60,980 bases of DNA from Alphaproteobacteria bacterium (GTDB lineage: Bacteria > Pseudomonadota > Alphaproteobacteria > SHVZ01): contig CAXNIC010000001.1 of assembly GCA_964201945.1 (NCBI GenBank), forward strand, positions 1-60,980, in the 5' to 3' direction. The position numbers and the translations under genes are program-made. A model generated the notes under the pieces. That model saw nothing but the letters and a program-made list of their open reading frames with translations. It was not told the origin of the DNA and did not search any database. Shown in pieces: positions 9,641-18,801 of this stretch. Within the stretch, counting starts at the first letter, position 1. Each line of letters begins with the position of its first letter.

Positions 9641-10608
9641 GCCGGCACCGGGTTGTGGCAGGCGGCACGATGCGCTTCGCCCGGCGGCGCCAGCGCCGGC
9701 TGCATCTCGGCACAGAGCGGCAGCACCCGGGGGCAGCGCGGCCGGAAGGTGCAGCCGGACGGCAGGTCGCCCAGCCACGGAACCGTGCCGTCGATCGGCG
9801 CCAGACGCTCGACCCGCCGGTCGACGCGCGGCAGCGAGGCCAGCAGCCCGGCGGTATACGGGTGGCGGTGGCGGGAGAAGAGATCGGCGACCGGCGCGGT
9901 TTCGATCATGCGACCGGCATACATGACCGCCACCCGATCGGCCATCTCGGCGATCACGCCGAGATCATGTGTGACCAGCAAGAGGGCCAGCCCCTCCTCC
10001 CGCTGGATCTCGACCAGGAGATCGATGATCTGCGCCTGGATGATGACGTCGAGCGCCGTCGTCGGCTCGTCGGCAACCAGCAGCCTCGGCTTGCAGGCGA
10101 GCGCCATCGCGATCATCGCCCGCTGGTTCATGCCGCCGGAGAGCTGATGCGGATACTCGCCGAGCCGCCGCCTGGGATCGGTGATCCCGACCCGGTCGAG
10201 CAGGCGAACCGCCTCCGCCGTGGCGGCGGCGCCGTCGAGGCCGCGGTGGAGCCGCAGCGCCTCGCCGATCTGCCAGCCCAGCGCGTGGACGGGATTGAGC
10301 GAGGTCAGCGGGTCCTGGAAGATCATCGCGGCGACACCGCCGCGGATCTTGTCCAGCTCGCCTTCCTGCTCCGTCACGAGGTCCCGTCCCTCCAGCAGGA
10401 CGCGGCCGCCGAGGATGCGCCCGTTCGGCGGAAGCAATCCCAGCGCCGCAAGGCAGGTGGCGCTCTTGCCGCAGCCGGACTCGCCGACCAGGCCCAGCGT
10501 CTCTCCCGCCGCCAGCGAGAACGAGACCCGGTCGACCGCGACCAGCATTCCCGCCTCGGTCGCGAAGCCGACGGTGAGTCCGTCGACTTCGAGGAGTGAC
10601 GTACTCAT
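9637..10608 (-). CDS. ABC transporter ATP-binding protein, DppD/OppD-like
   Basis: GESGCGKS, LSGGMNQR, LLVADEPTTALD, GCTFRPRCP. ATG 10608 (MSTSLLEVDGL) preferred to GTG 10626, which sits in the repeat element. Confidence 0.9.
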   Translation of the reverse strand: MSTSLLEVDGLTVGFATEAGMLVAVDRVSFSLAAGETLGLVGESGCGKSATCLAALGLLPPNGRILGGRVLLEGRDLVTEQEGELDKIRGGVAAMIFQDPLTSLNPVHALGWQIGEALRLHRGLDGAAATAEAVRLLDRVGITDPRRRLGEYPHQLSGGMNQRAMIAMALACKPRLLVADEPTTALDVIIQAQIIDLLVEIQREEGLALLLVTHDLGVIAEMADRVAVMYAGRMIETAPVADLFSRHRHPYTAGLLASLPRVDRRVERLAPIDGTVPWLGDLPSGCTFRPRCPRVLPLCAEMQPALAPPGEAHRAACHNPVPA

Positions 10609-10615
10609 TCGGAAA

Positions 10616-10760
10616 CCCTCGCCCACCGGGAGAGGGTGCGAGCGAAGCGGGCGGGTAACGGGCAGCGGTCGAAGACAGATCTCGGCGACGGTGAGGGATG
10701 GAAAGAGAGCCCCTCACCCGCTCGGCTGCGCCTCGCACCCTCTCCCGGTGGGAGAGGGTT
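10616..10760. repeat. Compound palindromic intergenic element (same family as 59534-59664)
   Basis: CCCACCGGGAGAGGGTGCGAG (10622-10642) is the exact reverse complement of CTCGCACCCTCTCCCGGTGGG (10732-10752). Nested hairpins CCCTCTCCC-GGT-GGGAGAGGG and GTGAGGG/CCCTCAC. Confidence 0.7.
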
Positions 10761-10796
10761 GCGAAAGCGCCGAGTCAAAGTCACGAGCGCTCTCGC

Positions 10797-12398
10797 CTAC
10801 TTCTTGATGCTCTTCAGCACGTCGGAGCGAAGGTCCATGTAGTACATGGGATAGGGCGTCCAATCGATGCTCTTCTTCATCGCGTAGGACTCAAGCGCAT
10901 TGTAGAGCAGCGTCACCGGCATCTCGTCCTCGAAGACGTCGAGGAGCTTGGGAAACGCCTGCGCCCGCTCCTGCATCGTCGCCCCCGTGAGCACGGCATC
11001 GGCCCACTTGTCGAAGTCCGGCGTGGTCTTCCAGTGCTTGTACTGGACTTGGGTCGCGCTCTCCTTGCCCCAGAGGATCAGGACGGCGCCGGCCGGATCG
11101 GGCAGCCGGAAGGTCTGGCTCCAGGCATAGGTCATGAGCCCCTCGGCGCGCACTTTCGGGAAGTTCTCGAGCGCGACGAGCTTGGCGTTGACGCCCGCCT
11201 CCTTCCACTGCTGCTGGACGACCTGCATCGCCTCGGTGCCGAGCGAGTAGTAGTTCGGAATGAAGCGGATGGTGACTTCCTGGCCCTTGTAGCCGGCCTC
11301 GGCCAAGAGCTGCTTAGCCTTCGCCCGATCGAAGACGTAGCCCTTGCGGTCCTTGTCGTACATCTGGCCGAACTCAGGCAGCTGGTGCCCGTTCGGCGTG
11401 AACGCTTTGCCGTGCCAGAGCGAGTCGATCATCGCCTTCCGGTCGATGGCGAGGCTGAGCGCCTGCCGGATACGCTTGTCCTTCAGCACCGGGTCGAAGA
11501 CGTTGAAGACGATCGCGTGGGAGTTGTTGAGCGGGACGCTCTTGACGACGATGTCCTTGTAGCCGGCAAGGATGTCGAACTGATCGGGGTCGACATTGAC
11601 GATCATGTCGACCTCGCCACTGACCAGCGCGGCGATGCGGGTCGAGAGCTCGGGGATCTCGCGGAAGATCGTCCGGCCGGCGACCGGCTTGCCGCCGAAG
11701 TAGTCGTCGTTGGCGACGAGCTCGATCTGCCGGCCTTCCTTCCATTCCTTGAATTTGTAGGGCCCGGTGCCGACCGGGTTGCGGAGGTAGTAGTCGAGCC
11801 CCGCCTTGAGCTGGGCTTTGCGGTCGCCGTTGGGCGCGCCGGCCTTGCCGGCATCCTCCCAGGCCTTCTTGCTCACGATCCAGGCGCCATACGTCGCCAG
11901 CCGCTGCTCGAAGATCAGATCCGGTCCCTTGGTGGTGAACCGGACGGTATAGGGGTCGAGCGCTTCGATCTTCTCCAAATGGCCGAAGTATTCCCGCCCG
12001 TTCATCACGCCGTCCTTGCCGAGCATGCGCTCGTCCGAGAACGTGAACAGCACGTCCTCGGCGGTGAAATCGGCGCCGTTGGAGAACTTCACGCCCTTGC
12101 GGAGCTTGAACACGACCTGGTTCGGCCCGGTGCGCTCCCAGGACTCGGCGAGCGACGGCACCAGCCTGGAACCGCCGCCGGGCAACGGATTGAGGAAGTC
12201 GCGGCGAAGCAGCGTGTCGAAGATCGAATAGGTCAGGCGGACCGTGACGTTTCCGGAGTGCATCAGCGGCTCCAGACCCGGGGGGAGCTGGTTCACCGCG
12301 ATCACCAGGTCCGGCCGCTTGTCCTGGCTTTGAGCCGGTGCGGCCAGGAACGGGGCGACGGCAAGGACGGCCAGCAAAACAAGGCGATATGGACGCAC
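10797..12398 (-). CDS. ABC transporter substrate-binding protein, family 5 (peptide/nickel type)
   Basis: Signal peptide LVLLAVLAVAPFLAAPAQS. SBP_bac_5-like body (..LVPSLAESWE..KGVKFSNG..). GTG 12398 behind GGAGGA. Confidence 0.9.
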   Translation of the reverse strand: MRPYRLVLLAVLAVAPFLAAPAQSQDKRPDLVIAVNQLPPGLEPLMHSGNVTVRLTYSIFDTLLRRDFLNPLPGGGSRLVPSLAESWERTGPNQVVFKLRKGVKFSNGADFTAEDVLFTFSDERMLGKDGVMNGREYFGHLEKIEALDPYTVRFTTKGPDLIFEQRLATYGAWIVSKKAWEDAGKAGAPNGDRKAQLKAGLDYYLRNPVGTGPYKFKEWKEGRQIELVANDDYFGGKPVAGRTIFREIPELSTRIAALVSGEVDMIVNVDPDQFDILAGYKDIVVKSVPLNNSHAIVFNVFDPVLKDKRIRQALSLAIDRKAMIDSLWHGKAFTPNGHQLPEFGQMYDKDRKGYVFDRAKAKQLLAEAGYKGQEVTIRFIPNYYSLGTEAMQVVQQQWKEAGVNAKLVALENFPKVRAEGLMTYAWSQTFRLPDPAGAVLILWGKESATQVQYKHWKTTPDFDKWADAVLTGATMQERAQAFPKLLDVFEDEMPVTLLYNALESYAMKKSIDWTPYPMYYMDLRSDVLKSIKK

Positions 12399-12635
12399 GG
12401 GCGGTCTCCTCCAGGGATTGGACAGCTGCCGCTATAGAGCCGGCCCGGTTACACAACCGTGTCAGCCCCTGCGATCTCCTTAGGCCCGAGACTAGGATGG
12501 CCCGGACGACCCTCACAAGCCGGACGTGAATTCCACGACACATCTCTGTGCACTCGGGAATTTCGACAGCGGACTGCTTCACAGGGACCGCATCTGCAGC
12601 TACTGTTTCCCATCGGAAAAGCACTGGAGGACCTC

Positions 12636-14216
12636 GTGCCGCGCCTGCGCTCCCTGCTCCTTGCCCTGCCGCTCACGGCTGCGCTCACCCTGCCTGCCGC
12701 CGCCCAAAGCGTAATCAAGATGGTGCCGCAGGCCGACCTCAAGAATCTCGACCCGGTGTGGACGACGGCGACCGAGACCTCGTCGCACGGCTACATGATC
12801 TACGACGTGCTGTTCGCCCTCGACAAAGGGCTGATGCCGAAGCCGCAGATGGTCGAGTCCTGGTCGAAAGCCGCCGACGGGATGACCTGGAAGTTCAAGC
12901 TGCGCTCCGGCCTCGTCTTCCATGACGGCTCGCCGGTCGAGGCCAAGGATGCGGTGCAGTCGCTGAAGCGCTGGGCCGTCCGCATGGTCAGCGGCATGAC
13001 CTTGATGCAGCACGTCGCCGAGGTCGCCGTCACCGGCCCGCTCGACTTCGAGATCAAGCTGAAGAGCACCTTCGCCCCCGTTCTGGAACAGCTCTCCAAT
13101 CCGGCGGTGCCGCTGTTCGTCATGCGCGAGGAAGAGGCGAAGACCGATCCCTTCAAGCAGATCGAGAAATACATCGGCTCCGGGCCCTTCACCTTCGACA
13201 AGGCGGACTGGGTCCCGGGAAGCAAGGTCGTCTACAAGAAAAGCGCCAGCTACAAGCCGCGGCCTGAGCCGGCCGACGGATTGGCCGGCGGCAAGATCGC
13301 CAAGGTCGACCGGGTCGAGTGGATCTGGATCCCCGATTCCAGCATCGCCGCTTCGGCCCTGATCGCGGGCGAGGTCGATGCGATCGCGGTGCCGGCCAAC
13401 GACCTGCTGCCGAAGCTGGCGGCGGCGAAGAACGTCACCGTGAAGACGCTGGATCACTTAGGTGCGCACGCGATCGTGCGGGTCAATCACCTGATCCCGC
13501 CCTTCAACAATCCGAAGGTCCGGGAAGCGATGCTGTGGAGCATCGACCAGAAGGACTACCTGGCGGCGATGGTCGGCAACCCCGACATCGTGCGGCAGTG
13601 CTGGGCGATCTTCGTCTGCGGGACGCCGCTCGAGTCGACCGCGGGCTTAGGCGCCTGGTCGAAAGGCCCCGACATCGCCAAGGGCAAGGCGCTCCTGGCC
13701 GAGGCGGGCTACAAGGGCGAGCGGGTCGTGCTGATGGACCCGGCCGACCAGCCGCTGATCCACGCCGCCACCCTGGTGACGGCGCAGAACCTGAAGGCGA
13801 TCGGCATGAACGTCGAGCTTCAGGGCACCGACTGGAGCACGCTGGCCGCGCGGCGGCCGATCAAGGACCATCCCGACCAGAACCGCGGCGGCTGGCACAT
13901 TTTCCACACCACCGGCCCCGGCATCGCCCAGGCCAATCCGCTCGGCAACTCGGTGGTGCCGACCCCTTGCGACGGCAAGAACTACGCCGGCTGGCCCTGC
14001 GACGACGCGCTGGAGAAGGCCCGCCTCGAGTTCATCACCGCCGACACGCCGGAGAAGCAGAAGGCCGTGGTCGACCAGGTGCAGACCCATTTCTACCGGG
14101 TCCTGCCCTACATCATCCTCGGCCAGTTCATGGCGCCGGTCGCCTACAGCAACAACCTGGTCGGCGTGCTGGAAGCGCCGCGCCTGGTGCTGTGGAACGT
14201 CGAGAAGAAGTCGTGA
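12636..14216 (+). CDS. Second family-5 ABC substrate-binding protein (orphan: no cognate permease or ATPase on its strand)
   Basis: GTG 12636 behind GGAGGA. Signal peptide LLLALPLTAALTLPAAAQS. ..MVESWSKAADGMTWKFKLRSGLVFHDG... Confidence 0.85.
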   Translation: MPRLRSLLLALPLTAALTLPAAAQSVIKMVPQADLKNLDPVWTTATETSSHGYMIYDVLFALDKGLMPKPQMVESWSKAADGMTWKFKLRSGLVFHDGSPVEAKDAVQSLKRWAVRMVSGMTLMQHVAEVAVTGPLDFEIKLKSTFAPVLEQLSNPAVPLFVMREEEAKTDPFKQIEKYIGSGPFTFDKADWVPGSKVVYKKSASYKPRPEPADGLAGGKIAKVDRVEWIWIPDSSIAASALIAGEVDAIAVPANDLLPKLAAAKNVTVKTLDHLGAHAIVRVNHLIPPFNNPKVREAMLWSIDQKDYLAAMVGNPDIVRQCWAIFVCGTPLESTAGLGAWSKGPDIAKGKALLAEAGYKGERVVLMDPADQPLIHAATLVTAQNLKAIGMNVELQGTDWSTLAARRPIKDHPDQNRGGWHIFHTTGPGIAQANPLGNSVVPTPCDGKNYAGWPCDDALEKARLEFITADTPEKQKAVVDQVQTHFYRVLPYIILGQFMAPVAYSNNLVGVLEAPRLVLWNVEKKS

Positions 14217-14218
14217 GC

Positions 14219-15079
14219 ATGGTCAAGCCGAGGCGGAGCGTCATCTACCGCCTCGGCGACGACCCAAGCTCCTATGCGACCGCCAAGGATCTCCAGGTCG
14301 ACGTGCTGCTGTTCGACCTGGAGGACTCGGTCTCCCCCGCCGACAAATCCGCTGCCCGGACCCGGCTGGCCGAGGCCCTCGCCGCCGGGAACTTTAACGG
14401 TCAAGAACGCCTGATCCGCATCAATGGCTTGGATACCCCCTGGGGGGCGGAGGACATTGCCTTCGCGTCCAAGGCGAATGTCGACGGGATCATGCTGACC
14501 AAGGTCGAGACCGGCCGGCAGATGCGCGAGGCCGACGACGCGATCGGCAGCATGGGTGTTCCCGACAGCTTCCGCCTCTGGGCGATGATCGAGACGCCGA
14601 AGGGGATTCTCAACGCGGCCGAGATCGCCGGGTCGACCCAGCGCATGGAGGGCCTCGCCATCGGCCTTGGCGACCTTTCCCGCGGCATGGGCGGCTTCCG
14701 CCATGCCGCGCCGTTCCGTTTCCCGGTGCTGGCGGCCCTCTCCACCATCGTGCTGGTCGCCCGCGCCTACGGGCTGGCGGCCATCGACAGCTCGTTCAGG
14801 GATGCCCGCGACCCCGAGGCCTACCGCGCCGCCTGCCTGGAGAGCCGGGAGCTGGGCTATGACGGCAAGGCGGTCGGGAGCCAAGCCTCCGCCGCGATCG
14901 CGGATGCCGCCTTCGGGCCCAGCAAGGCCGAGATCGACTGGTCGAGGCGGGTGATCGCCGCGGTGGCCGCCTCCCCTCCCGGCGTCCAGCCGGTGGTCGA
15001 CGGCCAGCTCATCGAGCCGGGCTACCTCGACGTCGCCAGGCGCGTCGCCGAGGCGGCCAAATGGCCGAGGCTTGCTTAA
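14219..15079 (+). CDS. HpcH/HpaI aldolase / citrate-lyase beta-subunit (CitE)-like lyase
   Basis: LFDLEDSV, WAMIETPKG and GLGDLS motifs. ATG 14219 lies 2 nt after the SBP stop. It is the last 286 codons of track ORF 13319..15079. Confidence 0.75.
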   Translation: MVKPRRSVIYRLGDDPSSYATAKDLQVDVLLFDLEDSVSPADKSAARTRLAEALAAGNFNGQERLIRINGLDTPWGAEDIAFASKANVDGIMLTKVETGRQMREADDAIGSMGVPDSFRLWAMIETPKGILNAAEIAGSTQRMEGLAIGLGDLSRGMGGFRHAAPFRFPVLAALSTIVLVARAYGLAAIDSSFRDARDPEAYRAACLESRELGYDGKAVGSQASAAIADAAFGPSKAEIDWSRRVIAAVAASPPGVQPVVDGQLIEPGYLDVARRVAEAAKWPRLA

Positions 15080-15085
15080 ATGCGG

Positions 15086-16387
15086 CTAGCGCAGCGCCGA
15101 TTTGACCGAGTCCTCGACCACCTGCAGGGTCTGGTCGATGACGGCGTCGTCATGCGCGCCCGACATGAACCAGGCGCCGCGATCGAGCACGCGCACGCCC
15201 CGCTCGACCATGGCGCGGGTCAGCTTGAGGAAGCGCGCCTTGTCGGTCTTCAGGCTGTCGCGGTAGTCGGTGATCGGCTCGGATGTGCCCAGCGCCACGT
15301 GGAAGATGCCGGGGAAGCCCTGGATGCGGTTCGGCACCTGGTGGTCGCGAAGGATGGTGCCGATGCCCTCCATCAGCCGCTTCCCGTTCTTCTCGATGGT
15401 CCGGTAGACGTCGCCCTTGGCCAGCTCCTTGAGCGTGGCGACGGTCGCCGCCATGGTCACCGGGTGGCCGTTGTAGGTGCCGCCATGGACGACCTTGCCG
15501 GGCACCAGCATGTCCATCAGGTCGGCGCGGCCGGCGAGAGCCGCGACCGGGAAGCCGTTGGCGATCGCCTTGCCGAAGGTGGCAAGGTCGGGGGTCACGC
15601 CCAGCACCTTCTGCGCACCGCCGGCGGAGACGCGGAAGCCGGTGATGACCTCGTCGAAGATCAGGATGGTGCCGGTCTCGGTGCAGGCCTTCCGCACGCC
15701 TTCCAGGTATCCGGCCTTCGGCTGGATGGCGCTGGTGTTGCACATCGCCGGTTCCATGATGATGGCGGCGACGTCGCGCTTGGCCAGCCGCTTCTGCACG
15801 GCCTCCAGGTTGTTCCAGGGCAGCACCGCCATGTTCTGGTAGGCGGCCGGGTCCTGGCCGGGGCTGAGCGGCACGATGTTGGGCGCGTCGGCGGGGCCGG
15901 CGGCCTCCAGCGACGGCGAGTTGCTGATCAAGACGTTGTCGAGCCAGCCATGGTAGTGGCCCTCGAACTTGGCGATGATGTTGCGCCCGGTGGCGGCACG
16001 CGCGAGGCGGAAGCCCGCCTGCACCACCTCGGTGCCCGATCCCGCGAAGCGCACGCGCTCGGCGCAAGGAACCAGCTTCTGCACCCACTCGGCCGCCTCG
16101 AATTCGGCCTCGACCTGGCTCGCGAACAGGATGCCCTTGTCGAGCTGGCGCTTGGCCGCCTCGATCACGGTCGGCGGGTTGTGGCCGAGGATGATCGGCC
16201 CCATGCCGAGATAGTAGTCGACGTGCCGGTTGCCGTCGACGTCGATCAGGTAGGCGCCCTCGCCGCGGTCGATCACCAGCGGCACCGGCGCCACGCCGGC
16301 ACGGAAGTTCGAGTTGACGCCGCCGGCGAGCTGTTTCTCGCCTTTCGCCATGGCCGCCTTGGATTTCTCGAAAGAGTTGAGAGCCAC
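15086..16387 (-). CDS. Class III PLP aminotransferase (glutamate-1-semialdehyde aminomutase-like)
   Basis: GGVNSNFR, FDEVITGFR, TFGKAIANG (Schiff-base Lys), GTYNGHP. GTG 16387 behind GGAGAA fits the usual N-terminus better than ATG 16444. Confidence 0.85.
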   Translation of the reverse strand: MALNSFEKSKAAMAKGEKQLAGGVNSNFRAGVAPVPLVIDRGEGAYLIDVDGNRHVDYYLGMGPIILGHNPPTVIEAAKRQLDKGILFASQVEAEFEAAEWVQKLVPCAERVRFAGSGTEVVQAGFRLARAATGRNIIAKFEGHYHGWLDNVLISNSPSLEAAGPADAPNIVPLSPGQDPAAYQNMAVLPWNNLEAVQKRLAKRDVAAIIMEPAMCNTSAIQPKAGYLEGVRKACTETGTILIFDEVITGFRVSAGGAQKVLGVTPDLATFGKAIANGFPVAALAGRADLMDMLVPGKVVHGGTYNGHPVTMAATVATLKELAKGDVYRTIEKNGKRLMEGIGTILRDHQVPNRIQGFPGIFHVALGTSEPITDYRDSLKTDKARFLKLTRAMVERGVRVLDRGAWFMSGAHDDAVIDQTLQVVEDSVKSALR

Positions 16388-16459
16388 GGCTTTCTCCTGG
16401 GTTTTCCGGGGGTGCGGGCGACTGTCCGCGAGCTTGCGTTTCATGTCAAGGATCTGCTA

Positions 16460-16474
16460 TTTCGCTTTGCGAAA
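16460..16474. promoter_or_regulatory. Perfect palindrome TTTCGC-TTT-GCGAAA in the aminotransferase/IclR divergent region; candidate IclR operator
   Basis: 6-bp arms with a 3-bp spacer, read directly. It lies 15 nt upstream of the iclR-type ATG (16489). Confidence 0.35.
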
Positions 16475-16488
16475 CTCACGGAGGGGAT

Positions 16489-17286
16489 ATGCGCGACGAC
16501 TATCTGGTGAAACCTGTGCTCAAGGCGATGCAGGTCTTGGACTGCATCTGCTCGTCGGACCAGGCGCTCTCCCTGCAGCACGTGTCGGTGGAAGTGGCAT
16601 TGCCGAAGACCACGGTTTTCCGCTATCTGAGGACCCTCGTCCAGTCCGGTCTTCTCAGCTACGACCCCGAGCGCGACGTCTACGGCGTCGGCCTCAAGAT
16701 CATCACCTGGGGCCGCTCCAATGCCAGGCTTCGGAACCTCCGCGACGTCTGCATCCCGCATATGCGGGCGCTGCGTGAGCGCTTCGGCGAGACGGTGAAC
16801 CTCGGCGTCCTCGACGGCGCCGAGATCGTCTACATCGAGATCGCCGAAAGCCAGCACGCGCTTCGCATGCAGGCCAAGGTCGGCGGCCGCGACCCCGCCT
16901 ACACCACCGCGATCGGCAAGGCCGTGCTCTCGCAGATGGCCGAGGACGAGCGCCTTCGCCACATCCCGCCGAAGCTCCGCGCCCGCACCGGCCGCACGCT
17001 GCGCTCGCTGGCCCAGCTCGCCCTCGAGCTCGACCGCGCCCGCACGCAAGGCTTCGCCGAGGACAACGGCGAGAACGAGGAAGGCTCGATCTGCGTCGGC
17101 GTGCCGATCGTCGATCCGGCCGGCGCGCCCATCGCCGGCCTCTCCATCTCCGCCCCTGCCGCCCGACTGGACGCCGCCCGCAAGGCACAGTTCGCCTCGA
17201 TGCTGCGCCGGGTCGCGACCGAGATCGGCCAGGGCCTCGACGCACCGCGCCCGAAGATGATGACGCAGGTCAGACGGCAAGCATGA
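16489..17286 (+). CDS. IclR-family transcriptional regulator
   Basis: N-terminal wHTH (LSLQHVSVEVALPKTTVFRYLRTL) plus an IclR-type effector domain (..GENEEGSICVGVPI..). Confidence 0.85.
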   Translation: MRDDYLVKPVLKAMQVLDCICSSDQALSLQHVSVEVALPKTTVFRYLRTLVQSGLLSYDPERDVYGVGLKIITWGRSNARLRNLRDVCIPHMRALRERFGETVNLGVLDGAEIVYIEIAESQHALRMQAKVGGRDPAYTTAIGKAVLSQMAEDERLRHIPPKLRARTGRTLRSLAQLALELDRARTQGFAEDNGENEEGSICVGVPIVDPAGAPIAGLSISAPAARLDAARKAQFASMLRRVATEIGQGLDAPRPKMMTQVRRQA

Positions 17287-17340
17287 CAGCGCTGTCAACG
17301 GGCGTCGGAGCCGGGTTGAGCGACAGTCGTCGCCACAGCC

Positions 17341-18111
17341 TCACGAGGCTCGCTTGCGCTCCTGCAGGGCCTCGCCGAACGCCTTGAACAGGGTGCGGTT
17401 GATCGGGTTGATCTGCGGGTCGTACTCGGCGTGCCACTGGACGCCGAGCGCGAACGAGGGTGCGTCGGCGATGCGGATCGCCTCGATCGTGCCGTCTTCC
17501 GCCACGCCCTCAATGACGATCCGCTTGCCCGGCACCTCGATGCCCTGGCCGTGCAGCGAGTTCACGCGGATCATCTCGCAGCCGAGGAGGCGGGCGAACA
17601 CGCCGTCGGCCACCAGCTTCACGTCGTGGCGATCGGCGAACACCACCTCGGGATCGGGGTGGACCTCGCCGTTCTCCAGGCGCGGCATGCGGTGGTTCAT
17701 GCGCCCCGGCAGATCGCGGATCTCGGGATGCAGCGAGCCGCCGAAGGCGACGTTCATCTCCTGGAAGCCCCGGCAGATGCCGAAGATCGGCACGCCGCGG
17801 TCGACGCAGGCCTTCACCAGGTTCAGCGCCACCGCGTCGCGGTCTTGGTCGTAGGGCTCGTGCCGGGCATCGGGCTCGACGCCGAAGCAGGTCGGATGGA
17901 CGTTGGCACGAGCCCCCGTCAGCAGGATCCCGTCGACCGCGCCCAGGAGTGCGTCGATGTCGGTGACGTCCGGCATGGCGGGGAACATCAACGGCAAGGC
18001 CCCCGCCACCTCCGCGACCGCGCGCAGGTTCCGCTGCCCCACGACCTGCACGTTGTAGCGGTCGTTGACGACCTGGGCGTTCCCGATCACGCCCACCACC
18101 GGCTTGGTCAT
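17341..18111 (-). CDS. Gamma-glutamyl-GABA hydrolase-like class-I glutamine amidotransferase (peptidase C26, PuuD-like)
   Basis: Nucleophile elbow GICRGFQEMNV. C-terminal LGVQWHAEY His-Glu region. Confidence 0.85.
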   Translation of the reverse strand: MTKPVVGVIGNAQVVNDRYNVQVVGQRNLRAVAEVAGALPLMFPAMPDVTDIDALLGAVDGILLTGARANVHPTCFGVEPDARHEPYDQDRDAVALNLVKACVDRGVPIFGICRGFQEMNVAFGGSLHPEIRDLPGRMNHRMPRLENGEVHPDPEVVFADRHDVKLVADGVFARLLGCEMIRVNSLHGQGIEVPGKRIVIEGVAEDGTIEAIRIADAPSFALGVQWHAEYDPQINPINRTLFKAFGEALQERKRAS

Positions 18112-18302
18112 TCCAGGGATTCCATGCTCGCCGTTGAACCGCCCGCCCCGGCCACTCTATGCCATTTCCCGCTGCCGCTGCACTCGGGCATCCTTCACTA
18201 TCCGGCGAACGAGGGAGCCGCCGCGGCGTGGCGGGAGGGACCGGCCGGCAGGCCCCTGCCCCGGGTCGACAGTGGGCGACTCGCCAGTCTATCCGGAGGA
18301 GG

Positions 18303-18785
18303 CTAGGTATCGCCGCGGGCGTAGACGTCCACCAGCCACAGAAGCCTGTCGGCATTACCCGTAAGCTCGGCGAGCATTTCGGCGGTGCCATGATCGCCGA
18401 TGGCGGCCGCGGGGTCGACCGCCGAGCGGAGCGACAGGCCGAAACCGGCAAGCGCCTCCGCCAGCGCGTCGGTGTGAGCAGCAGCGCCTCTGATGCCGAG
18501 AGGGTAGACGGGCAGCTCCGAGCGCTTCGCCGCGACGCGCGCGGTCCCTTCGACGAGGCCGCCAAGCATCGCGATCCGCCTTGCGATCAGATCGGAATGC
18601 TTGCCGGCCTCGCCCGCGACGACCCCGAACAGCTTGTGCAGAGACAGGAACCGCGGCCCCCCGACGTTCCAGTGAGCCTGCTTGGCCTGGGAGTTGAGAT
18701 CGATCGCCGCCGCGAGCCGCACCTGCAGCAGCGCCACGGACGCGGCCCTCGCCGTCTCCGAGAGGCCGATCCCCGGCGCCGGCAT
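18303..18785 (-). CDS. dps: Dps-family ferritin-like DNA-protection protein
   Basis: QAKQAHWNVGGPRFLSLHKLF and IARRIAMLGG motifs. 160 aa. Confidence 0.85.
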   Translation of the reverse strand: MPAPGIGLSETARAASVALLQVRLAAAIDLNSQAKQAHWNVGGPRFLSLHKLFGVVAGEAGKHSDLIARRIAMLGGLVEGTARVAAKRSELPVYPLGIRGAAAHTDALAEALAGFGLSLRSAVDPAAAIGDHGTAEMLAELTGNADRLLWLVDVYARGDT

Positions 18786-18801
18786 GAGACCCTTCCTTCG
18801 A

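Noticed and set aside
8117-12624. Long antisense ORFs 8117..10147 (+, 676 aa), 10698..12437 (+, 579 aa) and 11374..12624 (-, 416 aa)
   Set aside because: They lie opposite or off-frame to the ABC ATPase and SBP genes, which carry unambiguous Walker/signature and SBP_bac_5 features. The translations are R/G/A/D/E-rich with no recognisable domain.
17284-17297. Palindromes spanning stop codons (TGACAGCGCTGTCA at 17284-17297; TGAGCT-TC-AGCTCA at 37833-37846)
   Set aside because: They are too short (6-bp arms, 2-nt loops) to act as terminators and are probably chance or merely tolerated. They are noted but not called as features.
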